Below, piece after piece: positions 31,250-39,716 of a stretch of DNA of 64,000 bases. The translations under genes were made by a program, and so were the position numbers. Source of the stretch: an uncultured bacterium (lineage in GTDB: Bacteria; Patescibacteriota; Minisyncoccia; UBA6257; 2-01-FULL-56-20); contig OY970126.1 of assembly GCA_963705915.1 (NCBI GenBank), positions 296,306-360,305 of the forward strand, read 5' to 3'. Within the stretch, counting starts at the first letter, position 1, and each line of letters starts with the position of its first letter. The notes under the pieces were generated by a model that was given only the letters and a program-made list of their open reading frames with translations, searched no databases and was not told the DNA's origin.

Positions 31250-31708
31250 ATGGATACCGAGCCCGAAACAGAAGCGACGACCCCGGCGGCGGGCACAAAC
31301 ACGCCGCCAACCAAACATCCCCGCATCATGATGTGGGTTTGGATTTTGCTCGGCGTTTCTGCGGCGCTATCGGTGTATGTCTACACGCAATCGTTGCCGC
31401 CGCCTTTTGGGCTTTATGATGCCTTTGCCAAGTGTATCGCCTCAACAACAACGAAATTTTATGGCGCCTGGTGGTGTCCGCACTGCCGCGAGCAAAAAAC
31501 TGAATTTGGCGACGCGGCGCAATATCTTCCCTATGTGGAATGTTCAACACCCGATGGTTCTGGAGAACTTGCAGTGTGCACGACTATCGGCATCACCAAC
31601 TATCCAACCTGGATCTTCCCGGACGGGTCACGCCTCACGGGAACAACCCCCCTCGCAACGCTTGCAGAAAAGACCGGCTGCGCATTGCCCACGAGCACGC
31701 ACACCTAA
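31250..31708 (+). CDS. Membrane-anchored thioredoxin-like disulfide oxidoreductase
   Basis: TM anchor, FYGAWWCPHC, YPTW cis-Pro loop. Confidence 0.85.
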   Translation: MDTEPETEATTPAAGTNTPPTKHPRIMMWVWILLGVSAALSVYVYTQSLPPPFGLYDAFAKCIASTTTKFYGAWWCPHCREQKTEFGDAAQYLPYVECSTPDGSGELAVCTTIGITNYPTWIFPDGSRLTGTTPLATLAEKTGCALPTSTHT

Positions 31709-31749
31709 TGCGTGGACAATCGGCGGCTAAAATGAAAGAATAGACCAAT

Positions 31750-32298
31750 ATGACACCTTTTGTGCAAAACGTCACAAACCTCCTTTCCCTTGTTATCATC
31801 GCCTCCGACGCGCTCGCCGTTTTCCTCTTTCTATTGCTGGTAACGCCGCTCAAAGCGAGCGCACGGGGCAAAGCGGTGCTCGGATTTTTTGGCGACAATG
31901 CCATTGTTTTTTCGTTGCTCGTCGCCCTCGGCTCGATCGGCGGCAGCTTGTTCTATTCCGAGATCGCAAATTTCACACCATGCCTTCTCTGCTGGTGGGC
32001 GCGCATCCTGCTCTATCCGCAAGCGGTAATCCTCTTTGTCGCGCTCATTGCAAACGATGAACGGGTGCGGAAATATTGCGCCACGCTTTCGGCAATGGGG
32101 GTCTTGCTCACAACCTATCACACGTATCTTCAGTTTGGCGGCAACGACTTACTCCCCTGCTCGGCGAGCGGCACGAGCTGCAACCATGTGTATTTTGTGA
32201 CCTATGGCTATATTACGATCCCGACGATGGCGCTCACCGCGTTCGCGCTTATATTGCTTTTCTGTCTGATGCCATCGAAGCGCTCAAAAACGTCTTAA
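31750..32298 (+). CDS. dsbB: Disulfide bond formation protein DsbB/BdbC family
   Basis: GSLFYSE, PCLLCWWARILLYP, second Cys pair, YITIPTM. Confidence 0.88.
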   Translation: MTPFVQNVTNLLSLVIIASDALAVFLFLLLVTPLKASARGKAVLGFFGDNAIVFSLLVALGSIGGSLFYSEIANFTPCLLCWWARILLYPQAVILFVALIANDERVRKYCATLSAMGVLLTTYHTYLQFGGNDLLPCSASGTSCNHVYFVTYGYITIPTMALTAFALILLFCLMPSKRSKTS

Positions 32299-33010
32299 CT
32301 TCTTCCCAGGCTTTTGCCGCAGCATCGGCGTTGTAGAGTACCTTATTTCTTTCGTTAAAAAATCCATGTCCGGTGCCGGAATAGACTATCTTCCGGAAGT
32401 TCTTTTGATGTTTTTGCATGTTGGCTTCGAGTTCCGGCAACGTCTGCATAAGGCGCTCATCTTTTTCGCCGTAGAGCGCGAGGACCGGACAATTGATCTT
32501 TGCGAGGGCTTCTTCGGTCGGCGGCTGGCCATAGAACGCAACGGCAGCCGCCACGTCCGGCTCCGCACCGGCGAATGCAAACGAGTAGGTCCCGCCGAAG
32601 CAAAAGCCAAGGATGCCAACCACACCATTGCCGTGTTCGTGCGATCGGAGTAAATCAAAACATGCTTTCAGCTTCTTGATTGTCCGCGCGGCAAATTCTG
32701 GCGTGTGAATCGGAGCCGTTGCGGCGCGCATCTTTGCCTGGGCGGCACTTTTTACGGCCTCATCAGGGCTCGCCATTTCCTGCAAGAGCTCCGGCCCAAC
32801 AAATTCCAGCATCTCACCCGTCATGAGATCTGGCGCGAGCGCGCGATATCCCTCAGCCGCCAAGCGATCGGCAACGCCGCGAATTTGATCATTCAAACCC
32901 CAAATCTCGTGGATAACGATGATCGCTGGCGCAGGAACTTCTTTTGGATGCGAAAGATAGGCGTCGAATGTTTTTCCTTCTGCAGTAATTTTTATGGTTT
33001 CGTTGTTCAT
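32249..33010 (-). CDS. Dienelactone hydrolase family protein
   Basis: HEIWGLN, GFCFGG nucleophile, GHGFFN. Confidence 0.9.
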   Translation of the reverse strand: MNNETIKITAEGKTFDAYLSHPKEVPAPAIIVIHEIWGLNDQIRGVADRLAAEGYRALAPDLMTGEMLEFVGPELLQEMASPDEAVKSAAQAKMRAATAPIHTPEFAARTIKKLKACFDLLRSHEHGNGVVGILGFCFGGTYSFAFAGAEPDVAAAVAFYGQPPTEEALAKINCPVLALYGEKDERLMQTLPELEANMQKHQKNFRKIVYSGTGHGFFNERNKVLYNADAAAKAWEEVKTFLSASMASDRKAI

Positions 33011-33050
33011 GGTTTATAGAGATGTTTTATATAGATAGTACGATTAGCTT

Positions 33051-34196
33051 CTACGAAAAGGTTACGGCTACGATTTCCGACCTCGTGCCGAGTCTGAGCG
33101 GCGGTCCCCACGTGCCAACACCGCTCGACGTGCACACCCACATTTTTTCGAATTGCTTGAAGCCGTAATCAAAACCGTTGTACATCTGTTTCGTGATATA
33201 CGTGAGCGGATAAATCTGGCCCCGATGGGTGTGGCCGAAGAAGCCAAGCGCAAATCCTTTTTTTACCGCAACGTCGAGGTTGTCCGGCTCATGTTTCATG
33301 AGGACGGCAGGTATGGTGCTCGAGAGCTCAATGTGGCTCAAAACATCTTCAAAATCTTTCCGATTGTGCGTGTCTTCATAATCAACGCCAACGATCTCCA
33401 ATCCTTCAATTTCGATCTTCTCATTTTCTAAAATATTGATATGCGCGCCTTGAATCGCCGCCATATATCGATCAATCTGACCATAAAACTCGTGGTTGCC
33501 AGTGACGTAGTGCACGCCGTGAGACGCCGTGAGGTTGCCAAACGGTTCCACAATCTTTTCGGCGTCGCAGCGCACGCCGTCATACATATCACCGCCGATA
33601 AGGACCACAGCCGGGGCAATCGCATTGATCCGATCAACAACCTTGCGGGCGAACTTTTCTTTACGGATGGCACCCAGATGGACATCGCTCACAAAAACGA
33701 GTGGGTGTTCTTTCCAAAATGCAGAAATGCCTGGGAGTTTCGCGCTAACCCGCGTTATTTGGGCGCGGCCACTGTTCCAAGTGCCGTAGGAGTGGATAAA
33801 GAAAAGCGGGACGAAACACACGATCCCGAGAGCAAAGAGGTTGATATACCAACCAAGCATCGTGGCGAAAAATAAAACAAAAAAGAACAGTACGCCGCCG
33901 ACAAAAAGGAAATGTACTAGCCCAAACCAGTAGGCAGCGAAAGCGTAATACCATTGCGCGATACGGTTCCGGGACCAGTGGACAATGAGCGAAGCGGTGA
34001 CAAACGTGAGGGCAAGCAATATGAATGCCACCCGCATTGCCGTGCTATCGAAGCCGAATGCCGCCGAGAGCGTTTCATAGACTGCGAGATGCACGAAAAT
34101 CAAAAGCACCTGAAACGCAACAAGCGTACCGGCGAATGCTATGCGCACGGACTTCCTATAATGCAACGTCGGCTTATGGGGTAAGGCTTTTGCCAT
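33051..34196 (-). CDS. Membrane-bound metallophosphoesterase (YkuE-like)
   Basis: Four TMs; SDVHLG, GGDMYD, GNHE, GHTHRGQ. Confidence 0.9.
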   Translation of the reverse strand: MAKALPHKPTLHYRKSVRIAFAGTLVAFQVLLIFVHLAVYETLSAAFGFDSTAMRVAFILLALTFVTASLIVHWSRNRIAQWYYAFAAYWFGLVHFLFVGGVLFFFVLFFATMLGWYINLFALGIVCFVPLFFIHSYGTWNSGRAQITRVSAKLPGISAFWKEHPLVFVSDVHLGAIRKEKFARKVVDRINAIAPAVVLIGGDMYDGVRCDAEKIVEPFGNLTASHGVHYVTGNHEFYGQIDRYMAAIQGAHINILENEKIEIEGLEIVGVDYEDTHNRKDFEDVLSHIELSSTIPAVLMKHEPDNLDVAVKKGFALGFFGHTHRGQIYPLTYITKQMYNGFDYGFKQFEKMWVCTSSGVGTWGPPLRLGTRSEIVAVTFS

Positions 34197-34208
34197 AAAT
34201 GTTGGTTA

Positions 34209-35720
34209 TTATTCCGCAATAATAATATGCCCGTGCGCGGTCGCTTCTTTCGGCACGCGGATAAGGAATGAAGCGAACGCACCGATAATGATAACAATTG
34301 CAGCGATTTCAAACACGAACGCATATCCCGCAACCTCGGCTTTGAGGATAATAAGACCGACAAATTGCTGCATGACGATTGGCAACGTCGCTGGATTGGT
34401 ATTCTGGAGGACACTATTCTGTGCAATCGAAAAAACCTGGCCGTTGATAACGGAGGTGAGCAAGGTGCTAAAGATGGCGACGCCGAACGCGCCGGAAATA
34501 TTGCGCACGAGCGCGAGCACGGCGGACGCCTCACCGATATCTTCCTGCGGCACAGCAACGGCAACGAGATTGGTTCGCTGCGCCATGCCGAAGCCAAGCG
34601 CGAACGCCATAAATGAAAGTGGAATCGAAATCTGGAGCGCGGTCCAGCGCGGGTCGAGGCCGGCAAGCGCAAGCATCGCAAGGCCCGAGCCGAGCGTGCT
34701 TGCAAAGATGACGATCGACGGCTTCACTTTCCCAATGAGCCGCCCGCCAAGCGGCGCCGCAATCATGAGACCTATGGCGAGTGGAATGAAAAGGTACCCG
34801 GTTTGCGTGGCGTCATACCCCAGAAATGTTTCAGCGAAAATCGGGACGAGAAAAATGGCGCCGATGAGGCCCATGAACACAATAAAGTTATTAATGAGCG
34901 TATTTACAAAAACGCTGCTTTCAAAAAACTTTAAGTTGACGATCGGCTCGGTCTCATTTATTTCGATGTGATAGAAAATGATGGCAAAAGCTACCGTGGC
35001 AATGTAGCAGGCAATGCTCGTAACCGATCCCCATCCCCACGTTTGGCCTTGGTCGAGCACCAGGGTGAGCGCAGCAAGCGACGCGCCGAGCGCGGACGAG
35101 CCCCACCAATCAAAATGGGCGCTCCGCTTCTCTCCAACCGATTCGCTGATGAAGGTGAGTGCGAGGAAAAGACCGATGAGGCCGAGCGGAATGTTCACAA
35201 AAAATACCGCTCGCCAGTTGAAATTGTCGATGAGCGGGCCGCCGATCAAGGGACCGAAGACCGAAGCGGCGGCGAACGCTGACGACCAAATGCCAAGCGC
35301 CTGGGCTCGCTCTTTCATATCGGTAAAGGTAACCGCGATGATGGCCATCGCCGTCGGATAGTCGGCAGACACCGCGAACCCCTGGATGATGCGGAATAAA
35401 ATCATCGACGTCAGATTCCATGCAACGGCGCACAGCCCCGATGCGATAATAAAACCTATAAACCCTATGAGATAAATGCGCTTTCGGCCGGCGGTATCGC
35501 CAAGCTTCCCCCACACGGGCACGAAGACAGCATTGGCCAAAATATAGGCAGTTGAGATCCAGGCGGCATCCGTTACGCTGATGCCAAAATCACCGATGAT
35601 CTTCGGAAGCGCGAGATTAACAACCGTCTGATCGAGACGGCCAAGGAAGGTGCCGAAAATCACCGTTCCAAGAATCCACCAGCGTAGATTGCTTTGCTTT
35701 GCGTGCGCCTCTTCCGGCAT
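34209..35720 (-). CDS. DHA2 (EmrB/QacA) MFS efflux transporter
   Basis: LDQTVVNLALP, GKLGDTAGRKR, WRAVFFVNIP; 14 TMs. Confidence 0.92.
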   Translation of the reverse strand: MPEEAHAKQSNLRWWILGTVIFGTFLGRLDQTVVNLALPKIIGDFGISVTDAAWISTAYILANAVFVPVWGKLGDTAGRKRIYLIGFIGFIIASGLCAVAWNLTSMILFRIIQGFAVSADYPTAMAIIAVTFTDMKERAQALGIWSSAFAAASVFGPLIGGPLIDNFNWRAVFFVNIPLGLIGLFLALTFISESVGEKRSAHFDWWGSSALGASLAALTLVLDQGQTWGWGSVTSIACYIATVAFAIIFYHIEINETEPIVNLKFFESSVFVNTLINNFIVFMGLIGAIFLVPIFAETFLGYDATQTGYLFIPLAIGLMIAAPLGGRLIGKVKPSIVIFASTLGSGLAMLALAGLDPRWTALQISIPLSFMAFALGFGMAQRTNLVAVAVPQEDIGEASAVLALVRNISGAFGVAIFSTLLTSVINGQVFSIAQNSVLQNTNPATLPIVMQQFVGLIILKAEVAGYAFVFEIAAIVIIIGAFASFLIRVPKEATAHGHIIIAE

Positions 35721-35725
35721 AGGCG

Positions 35726-36373
35726 CTATTTCTTATACACCCAGATCCGGGCTGACATGCCGTTCTTGAGCTGTGGATATTTCGTGGGGTCAAAGCGGAC
35801 ATAGACATCGAATTCGTTCGTCGGGCGCTGGTCGGAAATGTCGAACACGACATCGCTCGCACGCGACGTCGGGCTCACTTCGTCAACAACGCCTTCAAAT
35901 TGTTCCGACCCAAACGCATCAACGGTAAATGTCGCGGCATCACCGACTTGCACATCGGACAATCCTGCATTTTCGTCGAGATAGCCGACAACACGAAGTT
36001 GGGTCGGGTCGATCATTGTCGCAACGACATCTTGCCCTGTGAGCGCGTTTTCGAATTCACCGATGTTTTGATCCACGGAAACAATCTCGCCGCTCGTCTG
36101 TGCCTTCACGATTTCATTGCCGACTTCCGCAACGGGTTCGTCCGTTGTCACCATGTCGCCAACATTCACAAACACCGCTTGAAGGTTTCCGGAGTTTGCG
36201 GGCGACAGGTTGATGAGCGGCGCCTGGATCACCGACTGGTCGATATAGACGGTCTGTGCGGAAACATACCAATAGAGGACGCCGCCAATGCCGCCGACAA
36301 TAACAAGCACAACCATAATCCACACGATCAAACGACTCCGCTTTTTATTTTCTTTTTGTTCGCCTTCGGGCAT
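35726..36373 (-). CDS. EmrA/HlyD-like membrane fusion protein (short)
   Basis: N-terminal TM, lipoyl half-motifs, FTVDAF, LKNGMSA. Confidence 0.8.
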   Translation of the reverse strand: MPEGEQKENKKRSRLIVWIMVVLVIVGGIGGVLYWYVSAQTVYIDQSVIQAPLINLSPANSGNLQAVFVNVGDMVTTDEPVAEVGNEIVKAQTSGEIVSVDQNIGEFENALTGQDVVATMIDPTQLRVVGYLDENAGLSDVQVGDAATFTVDAFGSEQFEGVVDEVSPTSRASDVVFDISDQRPTNEFDVYVRFDPTKYPQLKNGMSARIWVYKK

Positions 36374-36380
36374 GTTTTTA

Positions 36381-37877
36381 TTAAAAATTCGTTAATACCG
36401 TTCCGGCCGACACGCCGCTCGTAATTTCTGTCATACCATCATCTCCCGTAAGGCCAACTTGCACTTGCTGCCTCATTGACTGGGCTCCATTCTGGACCAG
36501 CACGAAATAATTATTCCCGTCATTGATGACGAGCCGCGTCGGCACTTCGACAACATTATCATGTTCGCCGATGATGATATGGACGTTACCCGTCATGCCG
36601 TCGTTTATACCCACCGTCGAGCTCGTGAAGTGGAGATCGACTTCATATGCGGGTGAACCATTCACCTGGGTCTGCAGCGTGGAAATCGTGGTGATCGTCG
36701 CAGGGAAACTAACGCCGGTGCCAAAGGCGTCGAGCGTCACGCTCGCGTCGTCCCCTACTTTGATCTTCGCAACATCAGCCTCCGAAACGTAGGTTTGCAT
36801 CTTGAGGCCGGTGTTATTAATGAGTGAAGCAACCGGGGCACCAGGCGTAACCACTTGGCCAATCTTTGCGGTGAGGTTCTCAACCGTTCCCGAAAATGGC
36901 GCGATGAGCTCTGCGTTTTGCAAAGCCACCTGTGCGCTGGCCACCGCCGCCTGTGCCTGCGTCACGGCGGCTTGCTGGGCTTCTATTTGCTGCGGCGTTG
37001 CGCCGGCCTGGGCAAGAGCGAGGGCGTCCTCTGCGCTTGCAAGGCCCGCTTGCGCGCCGGTGAGCGCCGCGAGTGACCCGTTCACTTCGGCCCGCGCGGT
37101 CACGACATCCACCTTAAACGCCGCGAGCATCGCCGCCGAAAGATTCGAGTTCGGCGTAGCGCTGTTTACAGCAAGGGCAAGCGTATCCAGGTAGGATCCG
37201 ATCTCTTGAAGCGTCGCGACGCCCGTAGCCGCAAGTGAGTTTTGGCTTGAACTCGTCGCGATGGTTGCGTTATACCACGTGGCAAGCGCCACGCCAATCG
37301 CTACGCGCTGGTTTTCGATATTGATGACGGTCTGCGAATTTGAATATGAAACGAGAAATATTGGATTGTTGGTATTCGGCTGGCTAAAGAGATTATCCGT
37401 TTGATTTTGAATCGCATCGTCAGCGGCGGCATAGGCGGTTCCGATTTCAACGTCGAGCGACGTGGACGCTGTTGTCACGGCTGTCTCGTCGATTTGCAAT
37501 TGCTCAGGACGCGTACCGCTTTCGAGCTGATCAAGATTGGCTTGTGCTGCGGCGAGCGCTGCGTTTGCCTGGTCAACCCCGGCGGAAAGTGCCGACGTAT
37601 CGAGACTCGCGAGCACCGTTCCCTGCACCACCGTATCCCCTTCTTGAACGTTTACAGCGGCAATCTGACCCGGCGTTTGGAACGAAAGGCCAACGCTATT
37701 TTCGGCAAGCGCCGCTCCCGGCTCGTCGAGCGATTCTACGACGTTCCCGGTTGTGGCCGTCACCGTGTTAAACGAAGGAGCCTGGTTCGTCTCAATATAC
37801 CAGTAAGCTCCGCCACCTACCACAACAATCACGAGAACAATCACGAACGCCCGGTATTTTGCAAAAAATGTTTTCAT
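36381..37877 (-). CDS. Efflux RND/ABC-type periplasmic adaptor subunit
   Basis: VQEGDTV, long coiled coil, LIAPFSGTV, GMTGNV, EITSGVSAG. Confidence 0.85.
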   Translation of the reverse strand: MKTFFAKYRAFVIVLVIVVVGGGAYWYIETNQAPSFNTVTATTGNVVESLDEPGAALAENSVGLSFQTPGQIAAVNVQEGDTVVQGTVLASLDTSALSAGVDQANAALAAAQANLDQLESGTRPEQLQIDETAVTTASTSLDVEIGTAYAAADDAIQNQTDNLFSQPNTNNPIFLVSYSNSQTVINIENQRVAIGVALATWYNATIATSSSQNSLAATGVATLQEIGSYLDTLALAVNSATPNSNLSAAMLAAFKVDVVTARAEVNGSLAALTGAQAGLASAEDALALAQAGATPQQIEAQQAAVTQAQAAVASAQVALQNAELIAPFSGTVENLTAKIGQVVTPGAPVASLINNTGLKMQTYVSEADVAKIKVGDDASVTLDAFGTGVSFPATITTISTLQTQVNGSPAYEVDLHFTSSTVGINDGMTGNVHIIIGEHDNVVEVPTRLVINDGNNYFVLVQNGAQSMRQQVQVGLTGDDGMTEITSGVSAGTVLTNF

Positions 37878-38308
37878 ATAGTTTTAATATTTTTGGAAAT
37901 CTTTCGGAGGATGCTGAGTAATTGTGTTCGTTCTTCGTGCGAGAGTGTAGAAAAAAGTTTTGTGAGCCGCTTGAGATGTGCTGTTACCCCTTTCGACAGA
38001 TACCGATTGCCGGAAGCGGTGAGCGATATGCGTATCGCGCGCCGATCCTTGGTGTCGAGCTGGCGTATGAGCAATTTCTCACGAACAAGGCCATCAATGA
38101 GAAGCGTTGCCGCCGGCGGCGTTATTCGAAAATATCTTGCTACATCCCGCATGTAAGGCCGCTTATGTTCTTTCACGTAGCGGAGGGTTTCAAACTGCAA
38201 AAAGGAGGCTGGCTTGCCATTGCCGTGGATACTTTTTCGCATCTGTTCGCGCATCGATCGCCCGATCTCAAAAATCTGCGTTAAAAGTTCCGAAATGCTT
38301 GAATCCAT
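37874..38308 (-). CDS. MarR-family regulator
   Basis: LQFETL, TPPAATLLIDGLV, DTKDRRAIRISLTASG. Confidence 0.9.
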   Translation of the reverse strand: MDSSISELLTQIFEIGRSMREQMRKSIHGNGKPASFLQFETLRYVKEHKRPYMRDVARYFRITPPAATLLIDGLVREKLLIRQLDTKDRRAIRISLTASGNRYLSKGVTAHLKRLTKLFSTLSHEERTQLLSILRKISKNIKTI

Positions 38309-38450
38309 GAATAGTTAGGGTACTTAACTATTCTACCGCTGGAGATACTATTGGTCAAATAAAACCTTTATTTTGACTTATAGAAATTTATATATTATAA
38401 TATGGGCAGTAATATTACGAACCAAACGCAGTATAAAGACTGGAGGCTAC

Positions 38451-39389
38451 ATGAAGGTAGACATGCTGGGATTCTTGCTCAGCCAGCAAGAAATGTTCTC
38501 TCACGACGTAACGAGCTCGGGTATTTACCCGGCCATCGACATTTGTCATGTTACCGCCGCCCCGCCCGTTCCTCCCTTTCTCACCTATCAAAAGATAGCA
38601 GAAGAGGCCGCCTGGCTTCGAAGCCAGATTGGAGATCGAGTAGAACGCCTAATCTTTGGGCTTCAGCACCCGCCTCTCGACGCTACAGACGAGAACATGC
38701 ACGACCTTCGATACCATTCGGGGATCTCGTTCTCTACGATCGCCTATCAGGGCGTCAACCGATACGGCGGCGGCTTTGCAGAATTAAACGCCCCATTCAC
38801 CAACGACGGCAGGTCTCTTCTCGAGATGATGGCGCGCGCCGGAATGATCCTTGATCTTTCTCACGCTGGCCACCGAACCGCACGGGGAGCGCTCGACTAT
38901 ATTGAAAAGGTCGGGCTGAATCTTCCGGTCGTTGCAACACACACCGGCTGCCATTCCGTGTATGCGAATAAGAGAAACCTGCCAGACGACGTCCTACTCT
39001 CGATTCGAGATCGGGGCGGCATCGTGGGAATCTACAACGTAACGTTCGGCCTCGATGCATCGGACAATTCACTTGCTCCGTTCATCGCGCACATTCGTCA
39101 TGCGCTACATCTTCTGGGTACAGAAGCGGTAGCGGTAGGGAGCGATGGCATCTACCAAACCTTGGACCTCGAGAAGCAGCAGGAGCTTTTCGCAACGATG
39201 AAAGCAAAAATCGATCCGGACGGCATATTTGGATCCCGGTTTCCTGCCGATCCGGTAAGCCTCAATACGCCGACGCGTATGAATGTAATCGCAGACGCGC
39301 TCCGTAAAGAGTTTCCGGACGATGTCGTAGAAAAGATCGTGGGAGGCAACGCCTACAGATTCCTCAAGAAGAACCACCTTGAATTTTGA
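38451..39389 (+). CDS. Membrane dipeptidase (peptidase M19)-like protein
   Basis: MILDLSHAG, ATHTG, RNLPDD, GSDG, GGNAYRFL; start at MKVDML after GGAGG. Confidence 0.8.
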   Translation: MKVDMLGFLLSQQEMFSHDVTSSGIYPAIDICHVTAAPPVPPFLTYQKIAEEAAWLRSQIGDRVERLIFGLQHPPLDATDENMHDLRYHSGISFSTIAYQGVNRYGGGFAELNAPFTNDGRSLLEMMARAGMILDLSHAGHRTARGALDYIEKVGLNLPVVATHTGCHSVYANKRNLPDDVLLSIRDRGGIVGIYNVTFGLDASDNSLAPFIAHIRHALHLLGTEAVAVGSDGIYQTLDLEKQQELFATMKAKIDPDGIFGSRFPADPVSLNTPTRMNVIADALRKEFPDDVVEKIVGGNAYRFLKKNHLEF

Positions 39390-39405
39390 CGCGTCGGTTA
39401 GGCTG

Positions 39406-39451
39406 TGGACACAGGGAGAATCGAACTCCCGCCCCCGCAATGCGAATGCGG
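39406..39451 (-). pseudogene. Outer 3' fragment of tRNA-Ala (anticodon arm to acceptor end)
   Basis: 45/46 identical to 39481-39526; one change in the acceptor stem (TGTGTCCA vs TGGGTCCA). Confidence 0.9.
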
Positions 39452-39455
39452 CCAA

Positions 39456-39584
39456 GCAGTTTCGTTTGTTTACCTTAATGTGGACCCAGGGAGAATCGAA
39501 CTCCCGCCCCCGCAATGCGAATGCGGTGTAATACCACTTTACTATGGGCCCATGGATGAGAACATAGTAAACAAACGAAACTGC
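39456..39584. repeat. Perfect 18-bp inverted repeat enclosing tRNA-Ala
   Basis: gcagtttcgtttgtttac (39456-39473) / gtaaacaaacgaaactgc (39567-39584). Confidence 0.95.
39481..39551 (-). tRNA. tRNA-Ala(CGC)
   Basis: GGGCCCA/TGGGTCC-A with G3-U70, anticodon arm CCGCA-TTCGCAT-TGCGG, T-arm GGGAG-TTCGATT-CTCCC. Confidence 0.93.
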
Positions 39585-39619
39585 GTTTTCAATTGTTAAC
39601 CGCGCCTCTTAGGCGCGAG

Positions 39620-39637
39620 CCACTTTACTATGGGCCC
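39620..39637 (-). pseudogene. Outer 5' fragment of tRNA-Ala (acceptor 5' strand to D-loop GG)
   Basis: GGGCCCATAGTAAAGTGG, identical to the first 18 nt of the tRNA, followed by hairpin CGCGCCT-AAG-AGGCGCG (39601-39617). Confidence 0.85.
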
Positions 39638-39716
39638 AAGATTACAACACCTTACCACTTTTCCTACCGAGGGGTAAAGCCGCTGCTCACACGCAACGGC
39701 TTTTTCTTTACCCAAG

